38,434 nucleotides of DNA from Octopus bimaculoides. Taxonomy: Eukaryota. This document shows, in pieces, positions 36,655 to 38,434 of the stretch. A model generated the notes under the pieces. It worked only from the letters and a program-made list of their open reading frames with translations, had not been told where the DNA came from and made no database searches. Numbering within the stretch: position 1 is the stretch's first letter; every line of letters starts with the position of its first letter. A program made the position numbers and the translations under genes. The stretch lies in NCBI RefSeq assembly GCF_001194135.2, contig NC_068992.1:54465780-54504213 (forward strand), in the 5' to 3' direction.

Positions 36655-36970
36655 GATCTGTCTATCTATATTTCTATCTATCGACCTATCTGCTTCTGCG
36701 ATAATCTCTCTACCCAGCTAGCTAGCTATCTGTCCACCATTTTATATGTATACGTGTGTCTATGTATTTTCATCTCTGTCTGTCTTCTGTTCTTTTCTAC
36801 CAAACATTTTGTTATTGTATTTTATCTTTAAAAAATGATTAATATGTTCCAATATTCTCTTCTTGGAATCATTTTTTCATTCAACTCCGTCATCACGCAG
36901 CTTATTATTGTTGTCTTCAAAGCTAAAAAAAAAAAACAATAATCTCTAACAGATTTTCGCTCACTCTCTT

Positions 36971-37001
<31 letters not shown>

Positions 37002-37969
37002 TTCTCCCTCTTTCATTCTCTTTCCATCTTTTCTAATCATCTCTTAATATATACAATACAAGATAGTATTATGTGATTCGTGAAGAGTTGTCTTAATCAA
37101 AGGTGTGTAAGATTCAAGATGTGTGCGAATCCAAGTACTGCGTTTGAATCAAAATACCTTTTGTATGTATGTGTTTTTTTTTTTGTATTTTTTGTTATTT
37201 TGTAAGATAATGAATGTAAGTGGAATTAATTTACATGCTTGTTTGCGTGCGTATGCGAGTAAATGTGCAAACGCGCGCGTGTATTCTTGACGTCATAAGA
37301 ATTTATAAACGTCGAGAGTACGAAAAATTATTCTTTGTTTTTGGAACGGTGAATCTGAAAGCAAATAGAGCTATATATATAGTAGCGTGTAAATATTGGG
37401 TTGAAAATCTTGTTGGATAGAAAGTCAACTTGTTATCTGCTTCCAGATTCCCAAAAGAATTATATATATATATATATATATATATAATCTCCTTCAAAAC
37501 ATCCAGACAAAAAAGGGGACAACAAAACATCCAGACAGACGATAGAAAGAAAACAAGGACGAGTCATTCGGAGTTTTCTTTCTTCAGTCGAGTTCCAGAT
37601 TATCTTTGCAATTTCGACTGGTTATACTCGAGATTGCTCCAATCTGGCCAGCCCCAAAGAAAACTTAAGCTAAGAGCATTAGATTCCTTGGAAGGAAGCA
37701 GCGAATGTATACGAAAACAAGGACGGAAAAAAAGCGGAGAACGTTACACATATACAAATAACAGGACATAACAAGAGGTGTCTTTCGACTAAGGACGAAT
37801 TAAATTAAGCTGGCGTGTGTAGAAATAAATCCGTACGGCAGGGATACAAGATTTCAAAATTTTAAGAGCTTCTCTGCTTATTTAACTTAAAGTTGCCTAT
37901 AGCTATGGCTACAGCAGTTAAGAGAGCTGAGAGCACCAACGGTAGGGTCAAATGTAAACAACAATCCAT

Positions 37970-37972
<3 letters not shown>

Positions 37973-38050
<78 letters not shown>

Positions 38051-38055
38051 CAGAC

Positions 38056-38134
<79 letters not shown>

Positions 38135-38155
38135 CAGGTAGGTAGGTAGATAGAT
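37973..38155. repeat. Long (GATA)n array with GACA/GGTA variants
   Basis: Visible directly. Confidence 0.95.
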
Positions 38156-38164
38156 ATATTTGTG

Positions 38165-38360
38165 TGTCTGTGTTTGTTCTGCCACCATCCCTTCATAAAC
38201 GATATCGGTGTATTTACGTCCTCGTAATCTTGCGGTTCGGTATAAGGGACTGATAGAATAAGTACCAGGCTTACAAAGAATAAGTCCTGATGCCGATTTA
38301 CTCGACTAGTTGTGGTGCTCCAGCATGGTCGTAGTCAAATGACTGAAACAAGTAAAAGAA
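38165..38360 (+). mobile_element. SINE family A 3' half
   Basis: GATAGAATAAGTACCAGGCTTACAAAGAATAAGTCCTG...GGTGCTCCAGCATGG...AAATGACTGAAACAAGTAAAAGAAT matches 28086-28195. Confidence 0.85.
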
Positions 38361-38386
38361 TAGAAGAAAAAAGAATGTATATACAC

Positions 38387-38390
<4 letters not shown>

Positions 38391-38434
<44 letters not shown>
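38391..38434. repeat. (GT)n to window end
   Basis: Visible directly. Confidence 0.95.

Noticed and set aside
37588-37706. Strong acceptor followed by RVPDYLCNFDWLYSRLLQ...
   Set aside because: All frames stay open for more than 25 codons, the donor is weak and there is no homology.

Overview
AT-rich, repeat-dense animal genomic DNA from a draft short-read assembly: 14 N-gaps total about 3.6 kb, nearly all next to simple repeats. The SINE families and microsatellite load suggest an octopus or other coleoid cephalopod (inference from recall, not a search). No host gene can be named. Most ORF-track entries are translated microsatellites or N-runs. The window is a transposon graveyard: a decayed Gypsy gag-protease, two mariners, Tc1 and hAT (Buster-like) transposase remnants, RTE, CR1/L2-like and R4/Dong-like LINE fragments, a fold-back MITE, and about 15 tRNA-derived SINE copies or fragments from three families (called A, B, C here). 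I found no convincing new biological system and no CRISPR, rRNA or intact tRNA. The most unusual structures are: an 843-bp mariner made of two inverted 5' ends joined at a 7-nt microhomology; a perfect 41-bp GC-rich hairpin with a competing alternative pairing; a 317-bp fold-back element; and a candidate exon whose 5' splice site would be completed by a mariner TIR. The candidate exons are low confidence because plausible splice-site pairs occur on both strands by chance.
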